Shown here piece after piece: positions 9,923 through 22,485 of a stretch of DNA of 64,000 nt. The DNA lies in the NCBI RefSeq assembly GCF_009914755.1, contig NC_060930.1. One strand, given 5' to 3'. Made by a program: the position numbers and the translations under genes. Numbering within the stretch: the first letter of the stretch is position 1; every line of letters begins with the position of its first letter. The notes below the pieces were generated by a model. It was not told the DNA's origin. It ran no database searches and saw nothing but the letters and a program-made list of their open reading frames with translations. This stretch comes from the human T2T-CHM13v2.0 reference genome, Homo sapiens.

Positions 9923-12725
9923 GAGTTGCAAGCCTTTTAAATGAACTAGATAAGAAGCAAGCAAATCTTCCCCTCCTTGAGTGCTACATCTCTTGCGATT
10001 ATTACCAAGAGATGCAGTATCGAAGATAAAAAGAAAATGTCTCTTCAGCAAATCATAAGAAGAAAATAATACTTTCAGATTGAAAGAGTCAAAATTAGAT
10101 GATGGTGTGAAGTATATTCTGAAAAATTCTTGAATCAGCATGTGTTATCACTTCTGTCAACTCCCAAAACAATGATCATTACAATTTCTTTCATGTGAAG
10201 AACGCTTCATATTTATAAAGTACACTCATGTGTATTATTATTTTTTATTCCCACAACAATCTAGATTATGCTTTTAGTATTCAAATTATCTTCGGATATT
10301 CTATAGCTTGAAGGGGGTTAAAAATTATTTTTGAGCAATAGATATTATGTAGTTGTTAATTTGAAATTTTCTTCTTATGATTTAATAATGTCTTCCAAAG
10401 AATATCATTTAAGCCCTTCTTCATTTTACAACTGTTACATGTTTTGATACAGGTAAATTTTTTGTTATCTAGTCTGCCGATTCAATGATGGTTAAAAATT
10501 CTTTCAATATATGGAAGAAACACATAACTTAGTGGAGAGTTATAACTTATTTCTCTTTTTGTTTGCAGCCTCTTTATTTAGTATTTGTCTCATGTCTTCA
10601 CTTACTAATACTCATTAATGTTCAAGAAATTAGCAGTTTTCATGATATTTCTGTTTGGAATGGTGAGATTCTTGAGAACTGTGATTTTTTTGAGCATTTG
10701 AAAAACTATTTATTGAATAAGTAATACATTCACATAGGTCACAATTCTAAAGGAACAAAACAGCCTACAATACTGTTAATGCTATATGAAAACTGTGAGT
10801 TTTAAACAATTCCTGGGCCCTAAATTCTCTGCATTGTGAAACTTTGCTATTATTTCCAAGATAAATTCTGGCTGATTATATTCTGGGAAAGTGGTCTAAC
10901 AGAACCCAGGAAATCTCTTTGGGAAAATTAGACATTCTCTGGAAGGTCCTTTCTGTCTCTATGTTATGTTCTCTGAATTTCTACTGCTTAGTTCTTTGCT
11001 AGTTCTTTTTTTTTTTTTTTTTTAATTTGACAGTCATTTCCTGCTGCTTTTTCGAATCTCAAAGAGTAGTCCTCTGTTTGAGGTATCACAGTTGGTTGTT
11101 ACAGAAAAAGTTTTTTTATGTTACAATTGGAAGATTATGACTTCAGGAAGGTGAAAGTAGCAAAGGAAATAGAATCCAAACCAAAATCTTTAATGGAAAA
11201 AAATAGAAGAAAACATGTAGAATTGGTCTCAAGTTTTCTATTATGTTTTAAAATTTCCCCATAAGCCATCATAACTCTTCAGAGGCATATTAAAATAGAT
11301 GGCTTAAGGTGAACTCTTTTACCCTTACTATATTTTTATTTTTACCAATTCTAAGTTATTTTTTCCCAACTCCTTTCTGATGATCTAACTTTCAGTAGTG
11401 CTAACAAAGATGATATTGTTTTGTATTTTTGCTTTAAAAAATTAAGCAACCCATACCTATATATATTCATAATTGCCTTAGACAGTTGAAGGTGAAATTT
11501 TGGAGATCTTCATAGTTAATCTAGTGGCAATTCCTTTTCTCACTTACGCATTTATAAGCCAGTGTTTTCTAAAACTAGAACTATGACTACTGTGTTCCCA
11601 GGCAGCCAGCAGTTACCATGCCTCATAATTGACTGATCATACTCCTGGAAAAGCCCTTGTCAGAGCCTGAAGCCTTATGGCCTTAATCCTACATCTCACT
11701 AATTAATGAATCATGTTCATTCTCAGGTCTGTTATTTCTTAGCACGTGATCATTTTCTCATAGTCTGTGATTGATTTGGCTTCCTAAATCATTTAATGTT
11801 AGAATTTCCACCCTTGTTTGTATGATATTGTACATGTCTTTATGCTCACACAAATTATTCATACAGCCAGATTTAGATTGATGATTCAACATACATCATT
11901 GCGGTCATCAATCAGTGTTCTTATACAAACCTAATTTATTACTTTGAATAGTCTTCCTATGAAGACATGGAAAATAGTCTTCATGTCTCTCTACAAGGAA
12001 TAATTACCAAAGTTGATCTGTACTTCTGAGGACTGTGGTAATGTGATAGTCACTGAAATGGATAGGGGGCAAGGGTCAAACTTAATCTGATAATTGTAAA
12101 TAGCATCATTAAAACCTTAAATACATATCGCCACATTAAAATGGGCCTAAATTATTAGGGAGCCATAATTCCTTAGACAGCCTACTTTAAAAAGGTAATG
12201 AAATTAGAGGCGCCTTCCCTTAGAATGTTGGATTTGGGTTGGGGGAATATTTGGAAAGAGTCCAGAAATTTATTTATAACATATACATTTCTCATCGACA
12301 TTCTTTTTCTCTGCAAAGGACATTATCTACTAACATGATTTAACACAAACAAATAAAGAACGTTCACACTTCTAGACCAGATTACTTCAATATCTTGACA
12401 TTTCTTTTAAAATTTGCAGCGGTAATTACAGCTTTGTCAGCTAAGTAATCAATTAGGTAAAAGTTTAAGTGCAAAGTTTTATCTGACATGAGAAGATTAA
12501 TGTGTGCTTTGCTAATAACTACGTTTAGTAGGATGGATCTCTTTAGTAGTTCTATTTGTCTACTGTGAAAATTCATCATTACATTTCCCAATTACCTCAG
12601 ATATTGCTGTCATTGTTTTTTTTCTCTAGAGGTGTTAATGCTTTAGTTCTTGGCATTAATTATATTGGAAATTACTTTATAAAAGAAATATGAAAAAGAG
12701 TTTTTTACTTAGAAATAGCAACAGA

Positions 12726-12876
12726 GGTTGGGTGCTGTTGCTCAGTCATACCTGTAATTCCAGCACTTTCGGAGGCCAAGATGGTAGGATCACTTGAGGT
12801 CAGGAGTTTGAGGCCAGTCTGGGTGACATAGTGAGACCCTGGCTCTCCAAAAAAAAATAAAATAAAATAACAATAA

Positions 12877-12907
<31 letters not shown>

Positions 12908-12925
12908 ATAGAATAAAAGAAAGAA
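12726..12925 (+). mobile_element. FLAM (free left Alu monomer) with (AAAT)n tail and TSD
   Basis: Single Alu monomer; TSD AGAAATAGCAACAGA 12711-12725 / AGAAGTAGCAACAGA 12926-12940. Confidence 0.9.
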
Positions 12926-13054
12926 AGAAGTAGCAACAGAATTTGGTGTTTCAGTGAACATCTTTTTCCTAGCCCAAACCAGTTCTCTTACCCAAAGTTT
13001 TGGAAAAACGAACAAACATATTTTTGTCATATCTTGTTAAGCAGATAGAAAACT

Positions 13055-13405
13055 ATTCACTATAATTCCACAAATATTTAGTGAACGTTTGCTATGCACC
13101 ATGTATATTGCTAAGTTGCATGGGTGCAAATGGATACAATATGGTCCTTTTTCTCAGTTTTCTCAAAAAGGGGAAAAGGGAAAGGTACACAACTAAATAT
13201 ACTATGATAAAGACATTGACAAAGTGGTTTTGAAGCTCGGAGGAGTGGGCATTTACTTCTATCTATAATATTTCTATCTAGTCTTCCTTGAGTATGTTAG
13301 ATTTTTAGCCGGGTCTTGAAGGATGAGTATGAGTTAGTCAGATGGAGAAAGAGGAAAAGCTTTGCCAGGCAGAAAAAATAGCATATATAAAGCAAGTATG
13401 GTAGT
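13055..13405 (-). mobile_element. L2 fragment
   Basis: CACAAATATTTAGTGAACGTTTGCTATGCACCA...GGTCTTGAAGGATGAGTATGAGTTAGTCAG. Confidence 0.7.
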
Positions 13406-13604
13406 TTTCAAAAAAGGAAATTATAGAGAAAGGATAACTGTATTAGAGGAGCCCATTTCCATCCTGCTAAAATCCTTACATGTCCAACAAGATAAATGGG
13501 GTAAGCAAATAACTCAAATAACCTTTGACAGCATTATCAACATAATACTGAAATTAATCTTAACCCAGCTCACTCCCCATCTGGACACCAAACTCACAGG
13601 CAAT

Positions 13605-13830
13605 TGTGCAATAGGCAGATCATGGACTTTGAGACCATATAGATTTTTTTTTTCAAAATGTAGATTTATCGCTTGCTAGTTGGATAGGCTTGAGAAATCT
13701 GGACTTCTGTGTCACAAAAGTTTCAATCTATAATATGAGGATAACTACAACTTTATAGGGTTATTGTGAAGGTGTAAAAAGCAATATGTAAAGATCTTGG
13801 AACATTTTATGTACTCTATATATGTTGGCT
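13605..13830 (+). mobile_element. MIR fragment
   Basis: ATCTATAATATGAGGATAACTACAACTTTATAGGGTTATTGTGAAG. Confidence 0.55.
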
Positions 13831-14046
13831 TCCATTTCCTTTTCTGTTCTTGAATGCCCGTGCAAAGCAGAAAAGTATGGAAATATACACTTATTTGCAG
13901 AGCACTGCTTAGACTCCAAGGGCTAAACTGTAGTACAGACAGCTTTGGAGGTCAGAGTATGAGACTGAACATTAATATCAGGCTTCATGAAGGGTCTTAT
14001 TATCTTATGAGACAGTCATATTTTTTGTATTGTGTGCGATGAAGAG

Positions 14047-14460
14047 TGTATAAGTTATCCACTACTGTATAATAAACAATCCCCAAAACATTGTGGCTTA
14101 AAATAATAACTGTTTAATAATACTCACAAGCCAAAGGGTGAGCTGGCTGGTAATGCGGATCTGGCTCAGGCTCAGCTGAACTTGGCTAGACTTGCTCCTT
14201 TTCAGTGGTTGGCTAGGTGGGATGGCTTTATTCACATGTCTGGTGCTTGGCTGCCAGTTAGGTGGAGCGATGAAGGCTATTGGGCTGAGTGTCTCCTGTC
14301 ATCCATCAGGTAAGCTTAGGCTTGTTCATAGGTGGTGACAGTGTTTCCAGGAGTGAGAGGAATGAGACTCTACCTCTTGATAAGAGAGCCAGCAACATCA
14401 CATTGCAAGGGGACCTGAGTATAAACAAAAGTAGAGAGTTGTGGCTATTTTTTGTAATTT
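14047..14460 (-). mobile_element. MLT1-family LTR
   Basis: TGTATAAGTTATCCACTACTGTATAATAAACAATCCCCAAAACATTGTGGCTTAAAA is the reverse complement of an MLT1 3' end. Confidence 0.7.
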
Positions 14461-14963
14461 ATTGAAGAAAGCTACTTACATATGAATGAATGAATAAATG
14501 GCAGAATCAAATTTGTGTCTAGAGTAATCATTCTAACAGCAGTAGGAGAAATGGAAAGGAGATAGAGTGGACAAAAAACAAGAGTAGCTGTGGACTTTGT
14601 AATTGTACTGGGAAAAATTATTGTATCAATATTCTGAGTCCTTTCTTTACCACTTAGCAAGGAAAGAAGATACTAATCTTGTTTACTTATTTTCTTCTCT
14701 ACCCATCACCTCTAAGGAGATTTCTGCCATTTCCAGAGTCCCTCTGGGATGTTGTTAGGCAGAACAGGGAGAAGAGGGAAAGACTAGGGCTGAATGGGAT
14801 TGGAAGAGTATATACAGAGTACGTTTTTACTGGTAGTTTGAGAGAGGGTGATATGGTAGGACTTGTGGTGTGAAAGAAAAGTTAATGAGAGAGAAAACAA
14901 AAGGAGTTATATAAATGTTGGCGTAGGCTACCACCTTTATGGTGTTCAAGAAACAGTGAAAAA

Positions 14964-15162
14964 TGTCATGTGCCAAGTATCTTCCATTTGCCCTTCCAAA
15001 TTCACTCTTTACTCTTTTCTACCCTGCTCTTTTCTCCATGAGGCTGACCTAATATGGATTATTTACATGGACAACTTTGACCATTGCCTTCTGATAGGGC
15101 AATGAGAGCCTAGAAGGACATAAGAAGAAGTGAAGAAAAGGAGATTGGAGTATTTATTCTCT
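14964..15162 (+). mobile_element. LTR33-like ERVL LTR 5' part, ending in a (CAGC)n repeat
   Basis: TGTCATGTGCC...TTTGCCCTTCCAAATTCACTCT...GAGGCTGACCT...GGAGTATTTATTC. Confidence 0.65.
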
Positions 15163-15284
15163 CAGCCAGCCAGCCAGCCAGCAAAGAATGTGGACCGTCA
15201 TTATACACATTTGTTAGATGTTGCTGTTATTTCCAACTCAATTTTTTTTAATTCTAGGCAAATCGACTATAATTTATTCAGGTT

Positions 15285-15425
15285 TTAAAATATATATTAT
15301 TGTGTTTAGTCCTTACAGAAACTCTTACGAGGAAGGTAATATTAGTTTTACTTTACAGGTCTGGAAACCAAAGTTCAGATATAGATTAAATGAATTACTT
15401 ACCACCCAAGGTTTTATTTCCCCCT
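15285..15425 (-). mobile_element. MIR fragment
   Basis: GTCCTTACAGAAACTCTTACGAGGAAGGTAATATTAG...TTTACAGGTCTGGAAAC. Confidence 0.55.
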
Positions 15426-17438
15426 GAGGCTTTTAAAGCTGCTTTGGAAGAAAATCATTTTTTGTGTCTAGCATTAATTTTGGAGCCCTGTAACTTCTCA
15501 GTAGAATAGAGAGGAAATGGTCAGGATTTAATTTTCTTTCTTAGTCTTCATTCCTAAGAATTAAGATTAAAATTATTCCTTAAACCTCTTCGTTACCATT
15601 CCTAAAAAGAAACTTAGGTAAGAGAACAAATAGAGATAGTAGCAAACTATCTCATTTTACATGTAAAAAAAGCAATACCAGTAATTTGTAATTTTTCTGC
15701 TTGATTGATTTACACAGGGAAATTCTATGTCCACAAACCAAGTTTGTTTTTTTTTGTTTTGTTTTTTAAACCGGGGCAATAATAAACTTCCATTTGTTTA
15801 GGAAAACTCTTTCTATGACACCTAATTGTCAAATAATTTTCTAAGTACTGTGGAAATCCTTCCATAAATTCATGTAAGTAGCATCTAAAACACATTATTG
15901 AGTGTTGCTATTTAAACATAGTGTATATATGGTTTAGAAAAAAAATTGAAAACAAAAAAGTTTTACATGTCTCTTTTTTTCATGTATAATCTAGGCCATC
16001 TAGTCTTCTTGATTTGTACCTAGTAATATCATTTGTATCTATGTCTATATCTATATCTTTCCTAATAAATATTTAAACCTTTACTTAAAATTTTTCTTCT
16101 TGCCATTCCAGACTAGTATATGCCATTAACATTTGGAAAGCTCAAGAGGTAAATTGAGAACAGCTGTGGAATGATTAATACTGATGCCTTGGGTACGATG
16201 TTCTGTCAGTCTTGTGAGTGGCAGTAAATCACCAGGAAAGTGGAACTGAACTGTATCTTTTCTCATCTTGTTACATATATTAGCTGCCACAATGACTGAC
16301 TAAAAAAGAACGCATCTCCCCCAACTCTCTGGCTAACAACTGCATGATTCTCGTTTATATAAGGTTATATTTGAGGATATATTTATATAGTTTGCTATAT
16401 AATGCATATTAATAACTCATTTAGCAATTGTCTATCATGGTGATTGGTTTGCAAATGACTTCGAATTCTTTCATCAAAGATGGAAACTGAGTAGTTTCTT
16501 TTTAAAATTTGGTCGTTTGATTTTATTTCAATTTGTTCTGTTTCAAAATGTCAGTGATCTTCAAAACGGCACCTTACAGTTTTCAAAACAAAATGTCTTC
16601 TTTAGACTAGCATCAGTGGCTACACTGAGTTTACAGGTGAGAAGCAATATCAAAGGTGGTCCACGTATTGTGCATGTGTTGTTCAGGCAGGGTTTAACCA
16701 TGAGTAGTGTAGAAAACTACTCTCAAGGGTATTTCCCCAATCAAGAGATGCATTCTTTAAAAAGGAGGTGATGCTTCATTTATGTAGCAATTATGGAGTT
16801 CTTAATGCTATTAGCATTCAAATAATCACCCTTGTCTTCCTAATTTCACATCTTTAGATTAATATTCTATTTTATTCACTTATCTTCAATGGAGTGTTAG
16901 AAGCAGATAATTTGTTTTGGATGTTGGCAGGGGAGGAAATGGAAGACAAACTTTCCTCTTATCAGGCATTGGGCCTTAGCCTATTCAGTGCCCAATCAAG
17001 TCTCCTAATATTTTGCTCATGATAGTTTCCAGGAGTCATGTACCTCTGTATCACCATATATTAGGATAGATCCTGGTATATTTTACAGTTAAGCAATTCC
17101 ATACAAGTTTGCAAATTTTAATGACTACAGCAAAAATTGTTCCTATGCTATATCAGAAAAACTTTCCATCCTCTGGAATACATAATTTTGAAAATAGTTT
17201 CCACACTGATCATTACAGGATCTCATGATGTACTAGAAATTTCTCTATTACTATAGAAGGAGAAAACAATTCAATGAGTTCCTCAGACTTGACCAGATTT
17301 TACTTGACCACTTTCTTACTCAATTTACAACCACCCTCATCCTGGGTTTATTCCAACACTCCATTTCCAAGGGAAGTGTTCCATATGGATATGGAAGCAG
17401 TGTTACAGTAGCTTTCTGCAATAACTGGCATTTTGTTG

Positions 17439-17724
17439 TGTGGTAGAATGGTTGTAAAAATAAGTACAATTATTTGTCCTTTTTGTATCTATGCCCTTTG
17501 CAGTATGACTTTGCAGCTTCTCACATCTAGAGGTGGAGTCTATTTCCTCATCTCTTTAGACTGGGTAGGTCTTGTGCCTTGCTTTGGCCAGTATAATGTG
17601 ATGAAATTGTGCCAGTTTCAAGCATTGGCCTCAAGGGGTCTTGAATGCTTCTACTTGTCCTCTTGATTTCCTGCCCTACCACATGAACTAGCCCAGGCTA
17701 GCTTGCTAGACGACCAGAGACACA
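17439..17724 (+). mobile_element. MLT1G/H-like LTR 5' part
   Basis: TGTGGTAGAATGG; GAGGTGGAGTCTATTTCC; TTGCTTTGGCCA; GGCCTCAAGGGG. Confidence 0.7.
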
Positions 17725-17828
17725 TTATCATTGGAATATAGTAGGTACTTGCTAAAAATGTGTTTAAATAAATGAATGGTATTCCACACGGTCTTTGCTC
17801 ACTTCTGGCCATTTATCTTCCCTCTGGG

Positions 17829-18252
17829 TGTGGTAGATTGTATGCCTCAGCTTCACCAATATCTGCTTTTCTTCCCCTTCTTGAGGAAGGATTATATCTT
17901 CCCATTCATTGAAGTCAGGCTTAGCCACGTGACTAGATTGAACAAAGAAACATGAGTGGAACTGGTTAGGGTTAGTATTAGGGTGTCACTTTCAGGCCGA
18001 AGCTTTAAAACTGGGTTATGGTTTGCTACATTGTCTTTTTCCTTACTATTACAAAAGGCAAGTACTCCACATAGGGCCTGCTCTATCCTCCTGAGCTCAT
18101 GAATGAAGATGAAATATGGTAGAGTTGGTTGGTTCAACCAACTCTTTATGGGCACGTTGCAAGAGCAGGAAGAAAAACTCTTATTATTATAAACCACTGA
18201 CATCTTGGAATTGTTTGTTATTGCAGCATAATCTAGCCTATTATAACCAGTA
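17829..18252 (+). mobile_element. MLT1J-like LTR
   Basis: TGTGGTAGATTG start; TTGAAGTCAGGCTTAGCCACGTGACT; GTTTGTTATTGCAGCATAATCTAGCCTA end. Confidence 0.75.
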
Positions 18253-18324
18253 TGCCGGATGATCACTACCACTTATATACTGTTTTTATTACTACTTAAA
18301 TACTTATGACAAATATATATCACT

Positions 18325-18878
18325 ATCCGTATATATTGCTGGTGGGCATTTAAGATGATACAGTCACTTAGTGAAAAAATTTGGCAGTATCTTAAAAAGT
18401 CAAACATACACATATGATACAAATGAGCCATTCTACTTCTACATTTATACTTGAAGGAAATGAAAGCATGTTTGTACAAAGACTTTTGCAAATGTTCATC
18501 ATAGTAAAAAAAAATGGTCAAATGTCCCTCAACATGCTGGTGGGTAAACAAAATTAGTATATCTATCTAATGAATACAACTCAGCAATAAAGAGGAAGAA
18601 ACTACTGATGTATGCAGCAAAATGGGTGAACCTCAAAATCAGTATTCTAAGTAAAAACAGCCAGACAAAAAAAGTATCTATTTTATATGATGCCATGTCT
18701 GTGACATTTCCAAATCCATAGAGACAGACTGTAAATCAGTGGTTGCATGGGATTCAGGGTGATACTTTTCTAAAGCTGGATTGAAGCAGTGCAACAATTT
18801 AAAAATTATTGAGCTATGCATTTACAGTGAATGAATTTATGGTTTGTAAATTCTACCTCAATAATACTGAAAAGAAAA
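18325..18878 (+). mobile_element. Old L1M 3' end
   Basis: TTGGCAGTATCTTAAAAAGTCAAACATACACATATGA; TGAATTTATGGTTTGTAAATTCTACCTCAATAA. Confidence 0.75.
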
Positions 18879-19861
18879 TTAGACCCATTTTTTTTCCTGA
18901 GTTACAGTTGTATATCTAACTACTGACTAGCTATTTCTGCCTAGACAGCTCACAAGAGCGCTTCAAAATTACACAAAAATAGGCTGTATATTTCCTTTGT
19001 GCATCTCTCCAAATTATATTTCAGCACCCTATTACCTATAGTATTACCACACAGAAAGTTGCTGAAGCTAAAGAACTTTTTTAGACTCCTTGCAACTATT
19101 TACCTCTCTATTCAAGTTGTCTACACACTATTAATCCTATCTTTTGCATACTTCAAACTCATCAGCTCCTCTTAGTTTCATTCACTTGCTAACTTTTTTT
19201 CTCATCTCCAGCATTACTCTAATGCTCTTAATTCTAATGTTGCCATATTTGGAATTTTTAAATTTTTTAATGTCTCTTGAATAGCCAGAGACTAAAGATG
19301 TTTTATAACAATGAGAATGAATATATCATAAGTTATTATATTCACTTTATAAGTATATGCTGACATGCCTTCCCTACCTATATTATTGAACAAAAATACA
19401 TGAGAACATTCTAAAACCATTCAATACAATTAACTACTTAAAATACTAAAAAGTGGTTAAGTTCCACAGTGATAGTAATTCTGGGTATTGCCAAGTGGTA
19501 TAAAAACTCAGTTGGTCTGAAAGGGAAGTTTGGAATGGAATGCAGAGCTTCTATGTTTGAAGTCTGAGTCAGCATTACCTTAGCATTCAACTTCAATTTT
19601 CATTTACTCTAAGATAGTGATAAACAGCCCATAGCCCTTGGCCTCCCTCTATCCAGCCTAATTTCAAAACATGGTTTTGAGCTATTTTCAAGGGTAGTCT
19701 TTCAACTCATTCAAAATATTGAGTTTAAGGTGGAAAATGCTTACAGAAAAGTTCTGTTAGACAGTACAGGAATGGTCCAGGTTTGGGGAAAGGGATACTG
19801 CTCTCTGAGAGGGGAAAGGCTGCATCTCTTTCTAGGGCTAGAATAATATTACTGATTAAAA

Positions 19862-22485
19862 CTATGAGAGATGTCTTACTAGAGGCACCTGGCATTCACC
19901 TACTCCACAAAGAAGGACCAAAACAGCAAATAGATAATCACACTTTAAATAGAGCATCTAAGAAAGAATACTGGAATTCGGCATGGAAGTGACAAGGAAC
20001 ATCTGAGGGACAGAAAGTAAAGGAAGTGAGGCACACAGCCTGGCTAGGATCAGCTGGGATCTAGAAGAGGATCCCCAGTACAGGGAAAGAGTAAGTGAGA
20101 GATTCCCAGTGGTCCACTTCCCCAGCATGAACTCCTGCAATCTTAGCCATGGGTGAGCCACTTGGCACTAATAGACCCTGAGAATAGTATAGGGCTCTAC
20201 CTGGAGTCTGTGTGATGGTGTTGTTCTAGAGAGGGAGTCTGCACGGGGTCCCACACATCCCCTGAGACTCAAGCAGGGGCAGGACAGCACCATTTTGAGA
20301 GCCTAGCCTTCACCAGGCTACATCCTGCCCAGAGGCCCAACAGCACCTGCATCTCCATATTTCCGGAGCCCCATAACATTCTCCTGTATCTACCTGGTAG
20401 GCTGCAGTGTTGTGATACTGTCTGAACCTAGTCATGCAGCCTAGTCCCCAGCACTTTAGCCAACACAGGGTGCTATATTTTAGGGAATGAGCAGTGCAGT
20501 TTAACAGGGAGGAGGCTGCCCTAGGGACAAAGGGAGCCAAAATGCATGCTCCCCATAGCCTGAGAGCTACCTGCCTGGGGCTGCTGCCACTGAAAACAAC
20601 CTTACCCTCTCCTCCAGGAGCAGGGCTGTCATTCACCTACATATGCCTTTAATGGGCCTGAAGACAGACCCACCTTGCCCTGTGCCATCGCCACCCGAGC
20701 ACACCAGCTAGGTATCTATTGCAGTTGGTGCATATGAGAACCATCAGGAGGTTTGACAACAGGCCCAGGCTGCCTGCTACCAGTTCCTGAATGTATCTGC
20801 CAGGGGCCTAAGGATTGCCCCAACCTCCCTGCACAACACAGCTTGCACCTGTGCACATCATTGTGGGGCGGGGGGGGATACTGAGGGTTGGCCCACCTGA
20901 TATGCTTTGGCTCTGTGTACCCACCTAAATCTCATCTGGAATTGTGATCCCCATGTGTGGAGGGAGGGACCTAGTGGGAGGTGATTGGATCATGGGGTTG
21001 TTTTCCCCCATTCTGTTCTCGTGATAGTGAGGGAATTCTCATGAGATCTGATGGTTTAAAAGTGGCGGTTTATCCTGGACATACTCTCTCTCCTGCTGCC
21101 TTGTGAAAAAGGTGCCTGCCTCCCCTTTGCCTTCCACGATGATTGTAAGTTTCGTGAGGCCTCCCTAGCCATGTGGAACTGTGAGTCAATTAAAGCTCTT
21201 TTGTTTATAAATTACCCAGTCTCGGGCAGTTCTTCATAGCAGTGCGAAAACAAACTAATACAGACTATAGCAGTGTGAAAACAGACTAAAACAGTGTAAA
21301 ACAGACTAGTGCCACCCTACCTGGTACTGCTCCTACCAGTGCCTGAGCATGCCATATGGGCACCTGGGGATTGATTGACCAACCCTGAATGTCACCACCG
21401 GCATGTGTGTGCACCATCAGAAGGCTGAAAACTGACCCAGCACATCTGCTGCAAGGATCTGAGTGTGCTTTCTGGGGACCCGGGTTTAACCCACCCCACC
21501 TGCTGTCACTGGCACCCATATATAGCTTCCAGGGTCCTAAGGACAGGTCTGAATAGCCTGCTGGTGCTTGTACCCATCTGTTGGAGGCTGAGGGACCAAC
21601 AAGCCCTACTACTGCAGCTTGTGCCTATGTGCACTACTGGGGGCCTGAGGACAGAACCGCTTCACCTGGTGTCATTCCTGCCAGTTCCCAAGTGCATTGT
21701 CTGGGTGCCTGGGGATTGTTCTGCCCTGCATTCCACTGATGGCCTGATGGCACCCACACATTCCTCCTGGGAGCCTGAAGATAGGCCTACCCAGCCTGCC
21801 ATCACCAATAACACTAGCATCCACCCACATACACCACCTAGGGGCCTGCGGACTGACGTGCCTAGCCTACTGCTGCCTGTATGTGCAACTTGAAAGCCTG
21901 AGGGTTGGCCTGCCATTACTACTGCCATCACTGATGCCATGCACACCACCCAGGGAACTGAGGACCTGCCTACCTACCTGACCTACTTCTGCCACTGATG
22001 GCATCCAAACACATTACCTGGAAGCTCAAGGATCAGTCCACCTAGATTTGCTAACACCATTGTCCATATATGCCACATGGGAATCCAAGGACAAGCACAT
22101 TTGGCCTTCTGCCACTGCCACTGGGGCCTGAGGGTTAGCCTCAGCAATAAAGCCTCAACAAAGCCTCATCACAGCCTCTGTTAACAACCTAAACCTAAGC
22201 CACTTAGGAACTCACAGACACCACTGATGTTCATTACAGCTGAAGAAGTCATACAGAGACTACATTACCACATGTACTCAGAATCAAAACTAAAGCACCC
22301 TATGCAACCAACACTATGGTTACAGCTATAGGAAAAAGTCTTTCCCTATAAAAGCCAACTCAAAAAATGGAAAGATGTAACTGTTACACCAGATGTGTAG
22401 ATCTGAATGTAAGAACACAAGAAACATGAAAAAGCAAGGAAATATGACACCACCAATGGAACACAAAATTTCTCTAGCAACAGAT
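19862..22485 (+). mobile_element. L1M (L1MA-type) 5' UTR with internal tandem units and ORF1 start
   Basis: Recurrent GGGGCCTGAGG-like units over 20650-22135; ORF1-like N-terminus MKKQGNMTPPMEHKISLATD at about 22426. Confidence 0.75.
20898..21262 (+). mobile_element. THE1 solo LTR nested in L1M
   Basis: TGATATGCTTTGGCTCTGTG...GTGGAACTGTGAGTCAATTAAA...ACTAATACA; TSD CCACC 20893-20897 / 21312-21316. Confidence 0.92.

Noticed and set aside
20650-22135. Regularly recurring GGGGCCTGAGG motif, superficially CRISPR-like
   Set aside because: Degenerate tandem units within an old L1 5' region; eukaryotic context, no cas genes
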